Origin: Cyanidioschyzon merolae
Lineage: Eukaryota
NCBI GenBank assembly: GCA_000091205.1
Contig: AP006492.2
Strand: one strand, 5' to 3'
Length of the DNA: 64,000 nt
The stretch's first letter is position 1, and every line of letters starts with the position of its first letter. The notes under the pieces were generated by a model that was given only the letters and a program-made list of their open reading frames with translations, ran no database searches and was not told where the DNA came from. A program made the position numbers and the translations under genes. Below, one piece after another: positions 35,454 through 46,869 of the stretch.

Positions 35454-36032
35454 CTATGCTCTCGTGGAAGGAGCGGGAGTGCAGTCATTACGAGGTACAG
35501 CGTGTCCACCACCATAGGCTACCACAAAGCGACGTGACCAGTCGCTAATTTGCCTCCCCAGCTCATTGAACAAGTTGATAAATGCACGCGTCCTTCCTTT
35601 GAACAATCGATACATTGGCCAAACTCGCTCAGTCTCACGTAATTCTACGAAAGCTCGTAAGCGAGAGCCATTTGGACCGTCATGCACGCCCTTGGAAAGA
35701 AGCGAATAACCCATCTCGCGGTGCTCAGTACGGTGCTTAGAGCTTCGAGTTTGATACTGACGCATGCGTTCCACTTGCTGGCATGTATGAAAACGTCCAT
35801 CATGCGTGATTCTCGAGGATAGAGGGCCGAGGAAAAGTTGATCAGCTTCATCTGTTTCCCGTTCAGGTACTTGGCTTGTTTCTTCCGTTTTGTATGTATG
35901 GTATAGGCCGTGACACCCCTCCCTTTTCAAACAGTAATCCATTCCCTTCACGATGTCTTTCTCTTCGTGTACCCCGAATGGTGGCAAATGACTTACGTTG
36001 CCGTACTCAAGCCTTGATCTAAGAAAGCGCAT
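35454..36032 (-). pseudogene. Family-A/B-like TnpB fragment (middle portion).
   Basis: 'TRAFINLFNELGRQISDWSRRFVVAYGGGHAVPRNDCTPAPSTRA' aligns with copy-1 'KRAFTNFFNQLGALKVVKSQRLVAACGTGRW...PAPSTRAYKEY' and copy-2 'QRAFANVLNQMSALKGDKSQRRVIAYRAGRR'. It is truncated and has no RuvC-III. Confidence 0.45.
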
Positions 36033-36234
36033 GCAGGTTGATAAGCTCTAGGTCTTCATTGCCTCTGCAAAATTCTTTCCATATCCTCATTCCAAACGTG
36101 AAAACTTGGATGAGGTCCTCGCAGTTTTCGACAAATTGTTAGAATGCTTTATAATTGTTCCCAGAGACCAGCCGTATCGTGCAAAGGAAGGCATACATTG
36201 GAGTGCACATGTTTTTTAGATTCTATGATGAGAT

Positions 36235-36801
36235 TTAAAGCCATATATGGCGACCGCATCGCGTAGGCGCTCGAGAGGACGAGGGCGTCCGGAGTCGGTG
36301 AAGAAGTTTTTCTTGACTGTTGAGGGTTCTCTTCTGGAACACGTAGAATCGCAACATGAAAGGAAAGCAGGTATCAGGCTTCAGCCATCCTTTGGATTGG
36401 ACCAGGATACGTTCGATGCAGAGACCAACAAGACGAGCTTTGAATCTATCCAGCGACTCTCGCTCTCGTTGGGACACCTTTCCCAAACTAACATCCAATC
36501 CGATCTCGTCCACAAAGAGCTCCTTATTTGCCGCTATTGACACCCCGAGGATTGCCTCGATTCGTCCCCATTTTTCTGGGCCAGTCAGGTGAGGCTGGAG
36601 CACATACAGGGTGTGCCGTATGAAGCGCCCACATTGACTCACATATAATGCTGTTTTCGGGGTTAGTTTGATCTTTGCTGGCTCCCACGCTTGTGTTGCG
36701 ATCGCCAACGCAGCAAGGCGACGCTTAAAGGCCTTCTGAGAACCATGTGTGCAAATATATGATACTACGATATATCCGTATTTCCTACTCTGTCGGAGCA
36801 T
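36235..36801 (-). CDS. Hypothetical protein of 188 aa, no family recognised.
   Basis: ORF with an ATG start (reverse complement at 36799-36801). It sits between repeat-derived sequence and AT-rich spacer. There is no motif support, so this is a low-confidence gene call. Confidence 0.3.
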   Translation of the reverse strand: MLRQSRKYGYIVVSYICTHGSQKAFKRRLAALAIATQAWEPAKIKLTPKTALYVSQCGRFIRHTLYVLQPHLTGPEKWGRIEAILGVSIAANKELFVDEIGLDVSLGKVSQRERESLDRFKARLVGLCIERILVQSKGWLKPDTCFPFMLRFYVFQKRTLNSQEKLLHRLRTPSSSRAPTRCGRHIWL

Positions 36802-37779
36802 CAGTCGTATTGTTACATGAAGCTTTCATCGAATATGACGAGAGGGTGACGTGCAGCTGGCAGCCGCGTGTCCGGAGCTCGAACATATAGTTGCTTTACA
36901 AGGTGCATCAAGACGAGGGAAGCTATGACAGCCTTTGCTCTGTTGGGAAACTATGCGATTTCGAACTGCATGCTATACCTAATGTTTGGAAGAATCTCGC
37001 CGTTCCTGGTTTTCAATAGAGAGGCCCCGACGATGGTTTCAGAGCAGTTTTTCAGCTTCGACAGTTTTCCTTCCTCTCGCTCCTTGTCCTCTTTTCGGCA
37101 GGAGTTTCCTCTCGTTTGTCTGCTGGGAACTTCTTCGCTATACATAGGAGGGGCGGCATTAATGTGGCCCCTACATTCCATATGCATTTTTTGGAACTAA
37201 TACGCACTGGGTGGACAATTGCGTTGAATCTCGTCTTTTCAATGGATGTATCGATAATTCCTTAAGTAAATTTTTGTCACGTTTTTCGCCGCGAGCACTA
37301 CCACGGACCAATGTGCGCATTTCGGCTTCTGCCGGTCCACAATCAGAGAAGCAGCAAAGCAGATCGGGGTTTGTGAATGTAGCCAAAGATTTGTCGAACG
37401 GCTGTGTCACGGATGCGAATAAGTGGTCTATTGAATCGTGAGCTTGGAAACGGAGGTTGAGAATATAGAAGATGCCTCAAACCGGATTAAACCAGGCAGA
37501 AAACGCTTGGAAGAAGAGCTGTTCAATTTCAATCTCAGCAGCGTACTCCCTGACCGCCTTAGAGTCATGGGAAGCGGTGTTAAGCGAGAACGGAACGGGA
37601 ATACGTGCAAAGGGGAATCTACGAATTGCTGCGACGAAGCGTGAGGTTTCTTTACAGATCCCATTCGTTTAACGCTTTGTGGACGACCACACGGGTGGCT
37701 CCCCATTAGCGTTGATATTGTCGTTATTCTCGATTGTCTCTCTCTAATGATGGGGGGTTGCCCCTTTCCGAGCACGTAT

Positions 37780-38230
37780 TCACAGGTCTCGAACTTCTCC
37801 CGAATGAAGTACCATCGAGTGAGAAAAGCGCCGGCCCTTTCTATAAGAAATGTGCGTGTTTCAGTGTGAAATCGATAGAGTGTTTCGCAATGCAAGACAG
37901 TATCAAAGTGAAGAGGGGGTTCTCACTTTTCTATTGGCACCTTTTCATCACCGTTCGTAACAACGGAGCGGAAACTTCACGCCCTCTTGCTTCTCACACC
38001 AAATTTGTAGGAGAACTTGGATTATGAAATGGTTTGACGACGAGATCGTCGTGGAGATACATTTTTTCAAGTTATGTTCTTGGTGCGCGACGTGCAAGAA
38101 AAGGACAAGAAGAAGGGTGGTTGAGCCATCTGCAACCATAGAATGACTGACTTGGACAAGCAAGACCGGTTTTCGCAAGCTAACGGCGACAGCACAACGT
38201 GTTTCTGCGGCCCTTTCAGTCTAGAATATG
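37780..38230. repeat. Family-C non-coding repeat, copy 1 (about 450 bp, about 70% identical to 55310-55760).
   Basis: Shared blocks are 'cttctcccgaatgaa...atcgagtg', 'gtttcagtgtgaaatcgat', 'aagaagggt.g.t.a.ccatctgc..acc.tagaatga.tga' and 'g.ttttcgcaagc.a.cg.cgacagca'. Confidence 0.5.
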
Positions 38231-39795
38231 CAGTTTTCAGTTGAGTATCTGTGAGAAAAATAAACGAGAACGAAAGGATTTGTGTTTCCAGGTATGTGGA
38301 ATTCGCTGCTCTGAGCACAGCGCATGTAGGCCTTGTTGTAGTGCGATCCTTACAAAGACCTAAATTCAGCTAAAATATGTTATAGGGCCCACGGTACGAA
38401 CCAAGCTTTCCTCAATTGACGAAAGATGCCTGTCGTCAGGAAGAAACCTTGGTTGCTATTCAGATGATTCTACGTTTAGTCGGCCTCAGAACGGTATTCC
38501 TCTGTGGAACAGAAGCGAGATGTGCGGTTCTTCTGGATTTTGTATCCAACGATGACGACACATGGATACCGGACAACCTGGTCATATCTTTGCGGTCTGG
38601 GGCTGGAGCCGTGGCTCACCCGCTGCCGCACCGGGAACCGTCGTCTATCTGGGATCCGACTGGCTGAGTGGACAGGACTGCTGGTGGTGATATGGAAAGG
38701 CACGCCGGAGGAACTTCACGACCGAGCAGAACCTCGGGAACTGAGCGCCGCCCACACCTGCGCAGAAGGAACGGGTTCCACTTGGACTGCGCAGACTATC
38801 TAGACTTGCCAACGGTCGCGAATTTTTGCGGATACCTGCCCAGCGTAGAAGTCCGCGGGACTCTCTACAGAGATGTTAAGCGTATTGAAGTGTGTGGGGC
38901 TTCTCCCGCAGGTATCGCTGGTGGAAAATTGCACACAGTACTGAATCTTCGGTTTCTGTGTTTGTTTGATATGAGATTCAATTCCTGCCAAACCTTTCCG
39001 TAGTATTATCTCGTATGATAGTAGAGTGGCAGTATCCAGCAGGCACAACTCGGGTCATCGTCGATTGTGGTGCGAACACTTATTATCGTTGGGGGCATTT
39101 CAACTTTTTGCAGATGAAATCGCACCCTTCCCTCTTTCTAATCGTCGTTCTTTTCGATGCGAAGGTGCTCATCTGGCAGAGAACAAGTGTTCATTGGTTA
39201 GGCTGTCTAAACAAAGATTTTTAATTCCCGGAGATGGCCGATCAGCTTCGGCGCAGTCATTTGATGGGTCCAACTGTCTCTTCAGTCCTATTTCAATGTT
39301 TCGACTTTTTAGGTTGCACGGCATCAGAGGCGTTCTCCGGGATCCGGCGCACTGTTCTACTCAGTTGCCTTGTGCAAGGTGGACAGTTTCGCAAGTCGAT
39401 TCGATATTGCGTTGCAATTCGTCCCAAGTCGAGGACGCGGAGACTACGTTGGCTAAAACCAATGCACCCATGCATTGCTAAAAAGCAGTCCGGAAGACGT
39501 GGTGACTGCCTCACCCACCTTTTTCAACCTCACTTAGCTTGCAAGAAGTCTCAGACGCTTTCTTTTTCGGATTAATTCTGAGCAGCATGAAACGAGTGTC
39601 TTTCTCGGTATGAGCTATGTATACGTGTTGTGCAGTTCACGTCTTGGTCATTATTCATCGATCGATTTCCAAAGGATACCAGTCTTTCCAGCCCCAAAGG
39701 AACGGGGCGAACCGCAAAAAAAATATACTTCATGCAGACTTCTCAGTCGACGAATTGCAAGCCTCGAGTAAGTTTATATCAGCTTGCTCTACTCA

Positions 39796-41223
39796 CTAGG
39801 ATCTAGCCCAAAGCATATTTGGTCGAACGTCCGCATAGAAAGCCGCCCTTTCTGGAGTCACAATGCGGCTTCTGCAAAATGTGCGGAAACCACTTTTGGG
39901 GGTTGCTTTGCAATATCGACGACGATCGGCTGGCAGCATATCACGTGGCGACGCCGGAGCGGTGATTACCGAGTCAATCGTCGGGAATCGGAATCTTTCA
40001 TTGAACGCATACTCCAAAGTTTCTCCCCGCCAAAATCTCAGAACGCGCATGCGCGAGCGGCGCCCGTTTCGAAATGTATCCGACGCGGTAAACTTAATTT
40101 TCTGCCGATGCGACATGTACTTCTCTCTTTCAGTTTGACTGAGGAAGTCGCCAGCGCACATCACACGCCGGGGTCTGTTCACCACTTCAAAAGTGGTTTC
40201 ATTCTCTGTTTGGATCGCTTTGGTAACCGTTGACGATGGCTCAGCAGGCAGCTGCACTATTCTTACCTCAGGATTTGCGCTCTCATCATGCGAAAGCTCT
40301 TTTTGATTCTCCGGAGTGTATTCGAATACTGGGCCCTGATCGCACTGTGGAGCATCATCCCCAAAACTCAGATCGAATCCATGTTCCAGTTGGCTCGCTC
40401 GGTATTTTTCTGGCGTGCAAATTTCAAGGCGTTGCACTTGAACGGATTCGTGGTGCTTTGTCTGTGGAGAATCCAATGTTGAATGCCCTTCGAGAGCATT
40501 TCGAGCGCTTCCTTCGCTCTCGGAGCTTTGAATTCTGCTGCGCTTGCGGCCTCTCACGAAATGGAAATCAGAGCTCTGATGATGCTCAGCTGGGCCGACG
40601 CTACTATGTATTGGTGTGTAGGAACTCGCACCGCGATCGTCTGTCGGGTCAAAGTTCAGGCGCTGAGCTACGGAGACCAAATTTCTATCAGGCGTATGCA
40701 AAACGCTTTCGCTCAGTGGTGAGTACCGATTGTGCAACGTGCTCACCTCTCTTGTCTCCATGTCGTCTATTTTTACATGATCTACACCAACTTTATTGTC
40801 CACTTTCGACGTACTTAGAGCTTTATATAGTGCCCAGAATTGCGCAACGTCCTCCAATCCGTGGATTTCTGTTGAAAGACGACGAGGAGCTCGCCCTCTC
40901 GTCCTTCGACTCGTTGCTCCGATCGCTGCACGAAGGCGCTGCTTTTGAGACTCATCCGAGCCTGTAACCCCATTTCCATCCGTTTCAGCTATAGAAGTAT
41001 CCACAATGCTGCAGAATGAACAGTGTGCTTCCTCCAAAAGAGAACCAGAATGGGACAAGGTTTGCTGGACCTCACCAGCGCGAGCTCGCAAAAGAAAGAG
41101 CTTTTCGCGGCGTCGCTTGCTCCAAGCCGAGGCACCCGGACACGTTGAACCCAGACTCGTTCCACTAGATGAGAGAGATCTAAGACGTAAAAGTTCTGCA
41201 AGTGAAAGGGCTTGAGCGCTCAT
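39796..41223 (-). CDS. CENP-C-motif protein, a candidate kinetochore CENP-C/Mif2 homologue. The start is uncertain: the ORF is open up to 41364 (GTG).
   Basis: The C-terminal 'FRNGRRSRMRVLRFWRGETLEYAF' closely matches the CENP-C motif (human 'RRS.R.R..PLEYWRGERIDY'). The rest of the protein is Ser/Arg-rich and looks disordered. No cupin domain follows before the stop. Confidence 0.4.
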   Translation of the reverse strand: MSAQALSLAELLRLRSLSSSGTSLGSTCPGASAWSKRRREKLFLLRARAGEVQQTLSHSGSLLEEAHCSFCSIVDTSIAETDGNGVTGSDESQKQRLRAAIGATSRRTRGRAPRRLSTEIHGLEDVAQFWALYKALSTSKVDNKVGVDHVKIDDMETREVSTLHNRYSPLSESVLHTPDRNLVSVAQRLNFDPTDDRGASSYTPIHSSVGPAEHHQSSDFHFVRGRKRSRIQSSESEGSARNALEGHSTLDSPQTKHHESVQVQRLEICTPEKYRASQLEHGFDLSFGDDAPQCDQGPVFEYTPENQKELSHDESANPEVRIVQLPAEPSSTVTKAIQTENETTFEVVNRPRRVMCAGDFLSQTEREKYMSHRQKIKFTASDTFRNGRRSRMRVLRFWRGETLEYAFNERFRFPTIDSVITAPASPRDMLPADRRRYCKATPKSGFRTFCRSRIVTPERAAFYADVRPNMLWARS

Positions 41224-41400
41224 GCTACGGTAAGAAATAAACAATGCTATTCGTAAGGAGCGGTAAGAAGTAAGCGGCTCGATATACCGCCCCAATGGGG
41301 ATCGCCATGACGGCACGCGGAGCGTATCCAAATCCGTAACGGCCGGCAGCTGCCAAAATCTCACGTGTATCCTGCACGCTCCCAGACGTTTTTGTGCAGC

Positions 41401-42966
41401 ATGTCCTCCACAGTTCTGCGCCTGTTGTCGCCTTATTCGAATATTGTTGAGCGTTCCAGTGGTTTATTCCGCTATTACTGTTCAAGCGTCAGTACATTGA
41501 GTCAGTTGCGACACGCGGGGCAAACGAAAGCTTCTAATTATGATAACAAAACGACGGTTGTCTTCCTCGTTTCTGACAGACCAGGATCCCTGCGGAAAGC
41601 GCTAAGTATTTTCGACGAGGAGCACTTCAACTTAAGCGGCATAAGGAGCCAAGCTTCCCTACCGGATGACTCCGCAAACGATCGAGCGTTTGAAATTACA
41701 GTTAATGCCGAGTACGTGGGTTCCCGCGAGGTTCAGGGAGCTGACTGCGACCACTCGCCGAACAATCACAAGTCTGCACTGCTTTCTCGCGTTGTTCAGA
41801 AACTCGAAGACACAGGCGCGAGAGTCCGCTATATAATGCCCTCCCGTAGCGATGAACAAGGAGCAGTTGAAAAAGGCGGGAGCTGCGAGCGCCCTGTACC
41901 GCCACTGGGCGCTGTTTCAAACGCGGAAGTGGCGCTGAGCATGCCCTGGTTCCCTCGCCGTATCTCGGATCTTGACCGTTTTGCTTCACGTTGTCTCCAG
42001 TTTGGGGCTGAATTGGATGCAGATCACCCCGGATTCAGGGATGACGCGTACCGGAAGCGACGTGAGGTGATTGCGAATGCTGCGGCGCGCTATAAGCACG
42101 GAGATTCACTGTCTGATGTTGACTACACAGCTGCGGAACTCGATACTTGGCGAACAGTTTACACAGAACTCAAAACTCTGCGAGCAACGCATACCTCTCG
42201 ACGTTATCAGCACTCAATTCAGCTCCTTGAACGAGAGATTGGTTTTGGATCATACCGCATCCCACAGCTGTCGGAAGTGAGCAGATTTCTCAGCGAATGC
42301 ACTGGATGGACACTTCGGCCCGTCATGGGTTTACTCTCATCGCGGGACTTTTTGAATGGGCTTGCTTTCCGAGTTTTTCACTCCACGCAATATGTTCGAC
42401 ATCATTCACAGCCGCTCTACACACCGGAACCTGATGTTTGTCACGAGCTTTTAGGTCACATTCCCATGCTCTGTGACGAGGCCTTTTCAGAGTTGAACCA
42501 TCTGCTCGGTCTCGCATCGCTGGGTGCATCTGATGAGGATATTGTCAAGCTTTCGAGGTGCTACTGGTTCAGCGTGGAATTCGGACTCTGTCGCGAGGGA
42601 CCTGCAGAGGAGCTCAGGGCATACGGGGCCGGTCTGCTGTCGTCTTTTGGTGAGCTCAAGTATGCGCTCAGTGGGAAGCCCCAGACGCTCCCATGGAATG
42701 CTTTTGAAGCCGCTAAGCGCGAGTATCCAATCACTGATTACCAACCATCATATTTTGTTGCTCGATCCATAGAGGATGCGGTTGATCAGCTGCGCCTGTT
42801 CACTGAATCCGTAGAGAAACCTTTCGAGCTCCGGTTTAATCCTCATAACCGTAGCGTGTCGATTATTGATGATGCAACTCAGGTCGCTGCTTTTTCTAAC
42901 CAACTTAGCAATGATCTGCGGACTTTGGCGCGTACGCTCAGAAGGCTCGGAGTTTCGACCTCATGA
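41401..42966 (+). CDS. PAH: Biopterin-dependent aromatic amino acid hydroxylase (phenylalanine-4-hydroxylase-like) with an N-terminal ACT regulatory domain.
   Basis: The ACT domain carries 'TTVVFLVSDRPGSLRKALSIFDEEHFNLSGIRSQ'. The catalytic core carries 'PEPDVCHELLGHIPMLCDEAFSELNHLLGLASLGASDEDIVKLSRCYWFSVEFGLCREG' with the iron ligands H..H...E, and 'LRAYGAGLLSSFGELKYAL'. The first ATG is at 41401. The ORF is open from 41365 (GTG). Confidence 0.85.
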   Translation: MSSTVLRLLSPYSNIVERSSGLFRYYCSSVSTLSQLRHAGQTKASNYDNKTTVVFLVSDRPGSLRKALSIFDEEHFNLSGIRSQASLPDDSANDRAFEITVNAEYVGSREVQGADCDHSPNNHKSALLSRVVQKLEDTGARVRYIMPSRSDEQGAVEKGGSCERPVPPLGAVSNAEVALSMPWFPRRISDLDRFASRCLQFGAELDADHPGFRDDAYRKRREVIANAAARYKHGDSLSDVDYTAAELDTWRTVYTELKTLRATHTSRRYQHSIQLLEREIGFGSYRIPQLSEVSRFLSECTGWTLRPVMGLLSSRDFLNGLAFRVFHSTQYVRHHSQPLYTPEPDVCHELLGHIPMLCDEAFSELNHLLGLASLGASDEDIVKLSRCYWFSVEFGLCREGPAEELRAYGAGLLSSFGELKYALSGKPQTLPWNAFEAAKREYPITDYQPSYFVARSIEDAVDQLRLFTESVEKPFELRFNPHNRSVSIIDDATQVAAFSNQLSNDLRTLARTLRRLGVSTS

Positions 42967-43777
42967 TATCCAGAAACGCTTCCGAGGATACTTGAGATGA
43001 CCGCGCGAGATCGGAGGGCACAGTGATGTCGGACAGCTTCTTATACCGTTCTGCCCTCCAGCGCAACAGTTCTGGATAGCACATTCGCAGATTCTCCTCA
43101 TCCGAGTTTGCCTCGGGAAGTCTGACATACTTATCGCCCCACACGACAGGTTTTGGGCATTTGAAAAAAGTCTCAATCATCTCTGCAATGGACGATTCTG
43201 CAATTTCGAGGTACACAATTAAATAGTCTCGACGAATTTTTTCCTGACATTCCGTGCTGAGATACACGACGCTGCCTGTGGTATCTAACGCGAAATTCGT
43301 TTTCTTGCGAGGCCGCGCATTGGAAGTAATATCTTCCTCTATTTGTAAATATCGCCGCTCGCGCTCACGAAATGTCTCATGAAAAGGAAATCCCATCCAG
43401 CTTGCCAGTGCATCGGTGCCCGCTCCCTGAATATCGCCGAGCTCCTGCTGCAACAACTTTTCGATTTCCTCGTCGACGCTCACGATATCGAAACCGAGTT
43501 CAGTGGCCAATTTCCGAGAGCGGAAACTTTTCCCAGAGTTCGACATGCCAACGAAAGCGATAGAGAGTTCGTTCCGAGTAAGTTTTTCGTCAAAAACCTC
43601 ACGACTAAGTAGTTCTGATACCAACCAAGAGCAAAAACGCTTCCGGGTCCTTTCTCTGTGGTGCGCGATCGTGCTGCACGTGGCTCGCCGAGTGCAGCAA
43701 ACCGCAGCTGCTTCCCTTCCTATCCCCAGCTGCCGCTTCGTGCTCACTGCGAAGCAAGTAATTTTAAAAGCAGTCAT
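42938..43777 (-). CDS. Shikimate kinase-like P-loop kinase (shikimate kinase or gluconokinase family) with an N-terminal extension that may be a targeting peptide.
   Basis: The Walker A motif is 'IAFVGMSNSGKSFRSRKLATELGFDIVSVDEEIEKLL', compared with shikimate kinase 'GMMGAGKST.G..LA..LG..F.D.D..IE'. 'FRERERRYL' and 'ALDTTGSVVYL' match the shikimate kinase 'FRE.E' and 'GGG.V' blocks. Its 3' end overlaps the PAH stop by 29 nt. Confidence 0.5.
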   Translation of the reverse strand: MTAFKITCFAVSTKRQLGIGREAAAVCCTRRATCSTIAHHRERTRKRFCSWLVSELLSREVFDEKLTRNELSIAFVGMSNSGKSFRSRKLATELGFDIVSVDEEIEKLLQQELGDIQGAGTDALASWMGFPFHETFRERERRYLQIEEDITSNARPRKKTNFALDTTGSVVYLSTECQEKIRRDYLIVYLEIAESSIAEMIETFFKCPKPVVWGDKYVRLPEANSDEENLRMCYPELLRWRAERYKKLSDITVPSDLARSSQVSSEAFLDIMRSKLRAF

Positions 43778-44059
43778 TTGTGGAAGTGCACGCCTTCTCT
43801 AGCTCCGACGTCCTTCGATGCGCTTCAGAGACCGACTACTGCACGGCTCCATCGCCAGCCGCCGCTGTTTGCCCCAAATCGGCGTTGATGCGACGTCCAT
43901 TGATCCAGCCTTCGGACGATACCCGCAGAATCCTTGTTTCGAACGCATGTTGTTCGGCGCTCAAATGCTCCCAACTCAATTTTATTCTACCCCCGCTGCT
44001 CCATGCTCCAGGGGATCGAAATAACAATCCAATGATCCGTATATATTGCAGGCGGATAG

Positions 44060-45395
44060 CCTGTTAGATGTATTCTCTACTGAACAGTGCACGGAGGACT
44101 ACATTCCTTATTCAAATCAGTCATAACACAGTTCTTTGATGGCTGAGGTACACTGCAAGAAAGACGTAGATGCGCTCTGCGTGAAAAACTGGTATTTTCA
44201 GTGCGCGCTTGCGGTAAATGAAAGAAAACAGTCCTTTGCTCACCTTACTAAAACCAAAAAGCGACGGTAGGAGCCACTATGGGCGTCTCTTTTTTCTCAA
44301 CAGCTTGTTCGTGTGTTCCTGTACACACTGGGATTCTGTCGCAAAAAAAGAGTCCAGTTCCACACACGGTTATTCTCTACCGGAATCGCAACACCAGGAT
44401 TCCTGAAACTCAGAGATGGGTATGAAGCAAAGGGGCGTCGGTTTGTTTTTCAGTTGATGGGAATTCCTTCGGATGAAACGGTGGTATCGTGTATGGGTAT
44501 TCGAGCAGCAGGGTGTCCATTGTGTTTACGATCGAGCTCGAAGCGAACAAAAGCATCCTTTGATGTGGCTGCAGTAGATTCATTTAGCGGCCTCAGTTTC
44601 GCTCGTACAGAGGGCTCATACCACACCACCCACTTCGTTGAATCATTGAAGACTTTTGCTCTTATGTTTGGCGAAGTTCTTCAATCGGAGAATGTGGTAT
44701 TCCACCACTAACGTTGTTTTCGAGCTTTTGCCGATTTTATAATGTAGAGCTGCTTTTCATTCCTTCGCACGCTCCGTGGTTCGACCCCATCGAAAGGGTG
44801 TTTTCTATCTTGAAAGGTAATGATCGCTACACTGAGCGAAACGATGAAGCTTTCAGCGAGCTGACACATCGGGGCACATGATGCCATTCTTCCGCAAGTC
44901 CATCTCCCTCCAGAAAGGTTCTTACCTCGGGCATAAGAAGCGCGTTCGTTTTCAAAATTAAAAATCTAAGGGATGAGCTGGGGCGCAGGCTTTTGAAGGC
45001 CCAGATAGAGAGAATGCAACGGAGCGCCTCGGCTGTAGTAAAGCCTGGAGAGCTGGCAGAGGACCAAATGGCACTGGGGGCACGAGTTCTGGAAATCCTT
45101 GCACTAAAAAATTCTACCAGTCTTGATAAACGCATGGAGCTCGTGCACCGAGACTTCAACGCCCCCATCCATATCAGGATGTGTGCGGCGCTGAAAATGC
45201 GACCCGAGGTGTTGACGCGAACGAACTTTGTGGGGCAGCCGCTTAGGCTCGAAGTGTGCAAGGAGAAATTGAAGCCGATGGCAGGGGGCCATTCGAAAAA
45301 AACTGTGAGAAGTCTGTGGGTCGTTATTTATTTACCCCCAGGTCGCGAAAGGTTTTAGCTCCACTGAGCAGCCGTGGAGCTTTCCCAGTCAAGAT
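44060..45395 (+). repeat. Third, more diverged copy (about 75% identity) of the composite unit, with an IR-A-like part at 44060-44770 and a family-A TnpB 3' fragment at 44830-45395.
   Basis: By hand, 44080-44230 aligns with 2091-2240 ('aacagtgca.cgaggact.cattcc...tgaggtacactg...tattttca...cttgcggt.aatg'). ORF 44993..45358 reads 'DKRMELVHRDFNAPIHIRMCAALKMRPEVLTRTNFVGQPLRLEVCKEKLKPMAGGHSKKT' (RuvC-III 'RDFNA..I'). The tail is '...cccaggtcgcgaaaggttttagctcc'. Confidence 0.6.
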
Positions 45396-46869
45396 GCAAC
45401 GCACAGACCTATATGGAGATGTTACGACCTGCCCAAGCGATAGGGTGCAAACTTGAGTGTCCTTTTTGTTAGACTTTTCCCAACATAGGGTGCTCGGTGA
45501 ATCTGAATGAACTCTGGAGACTGCGGGACTCCAAAGGTGGCTGTGTTGGCGAGAATTATCGCACGGATCGGATTGCTGCCCGTTCAGGCTCGAAAAGAAG
45601 GTTTCTTAGGGGTTTCCACCACGAATGACTTCACCGAAGCCTTACTGCAGCCTGCTGAGAGCGATGTAGATTTATAAGAAGGATTGCAAACGTTCGCGCA
45701 TGAATGCTGAGGTCCTTACTTAATTCTTAGCATCGTTCTTTCAAAACGCTTGCGCGCTTTCATCACTTGCTCGTTGTTCGCTCTTTTCGGAGCAACATGT
45801 TCCGCAAGCACATTTCTTTCAATCAAATTCAAAACTGACTTAGATAGCGATTATGCTGTTCCCCAGAGGAACGAATCCGCCAAAAGTGAAATAAAAGGCA
45901 AGGTTCGAAGCTTCTCCACAAGGACCGAAAGCCATCCTCATCGAGCTCTTATCTGGTATGCGCATGTTCGCAAGGTTCTAGAAAATTACAGCTCAACGGG
46001 TTTAGCATCTCTCGGTTACCCTCTATAGACATCAAGAGCGCTGGAAATCTGCTCTCTGCTGTATCTGGGGAACCATGAGCATCAACACCGTTCGTGGCAA
46101 TCGAGCGTCAGCTACGAGCAAGCGACGCGCGAACAAATTAGGTACCAATCGGAGACACTTTTCAGCCGTTGTGCGCAGTTGTGGCGGAAGACCCTTGCGG
46201 TTATCATTTACCGACAGAGATGCCTGTGTCCTTAAAGAGGTTGCAAGCGCGCCAGGAACGAGTCGCGAGTGGTCTGGAGAGAAAGGTAACACGAGTGACG
46301 TCGAAAGGTCCGAAGGCGAAGGGTGTGCAGTCGAAAAATCTCAATCCGTACCTTGTGGGGTTTTTACTCTTCATCCTTGTCGGAGGTGCTTTGTTGCCGC
46401 ACGTACAGCGGTACATTATGGGTTTTTTTGCTTCCGCAGAGATCTGAGGTGTAGGAGAAAGACTAGAATGTTTCGAATGCGAGGAAATAAGTACGACCAG
46501 ATTGCTGAGGCAGAGGCGCGAAACTGAGGAGACCTTACCTGCTATCGTAGAGACTCGTAGGCTTCGCCCAGTGACTGCAGCCCTTTCAGAAGCAGATGGA
46601 ATATTGTAATTGTCGTAGCTAAGACGCGACTACAACGGTTCCGAACGCGACGGAGGGCACGGATCCGTCGTTGAGTCCCGGACCTTGTAAGATATGGTTC
46701 GTTCAAAGCATCACGCGATATGCTAGCGTGTTTGGCTCGTTGTTATCATACGAATACCCTTCTGGTTGCCGCAGCGATGCTTCAGAAACGTAGCCACGTA
46801 TCATTTAGGGCCGCTAATCTCATGTCAGAATAAAAGTGGAATGGGTCTGCGTACCTGACTCGAGCGTAC

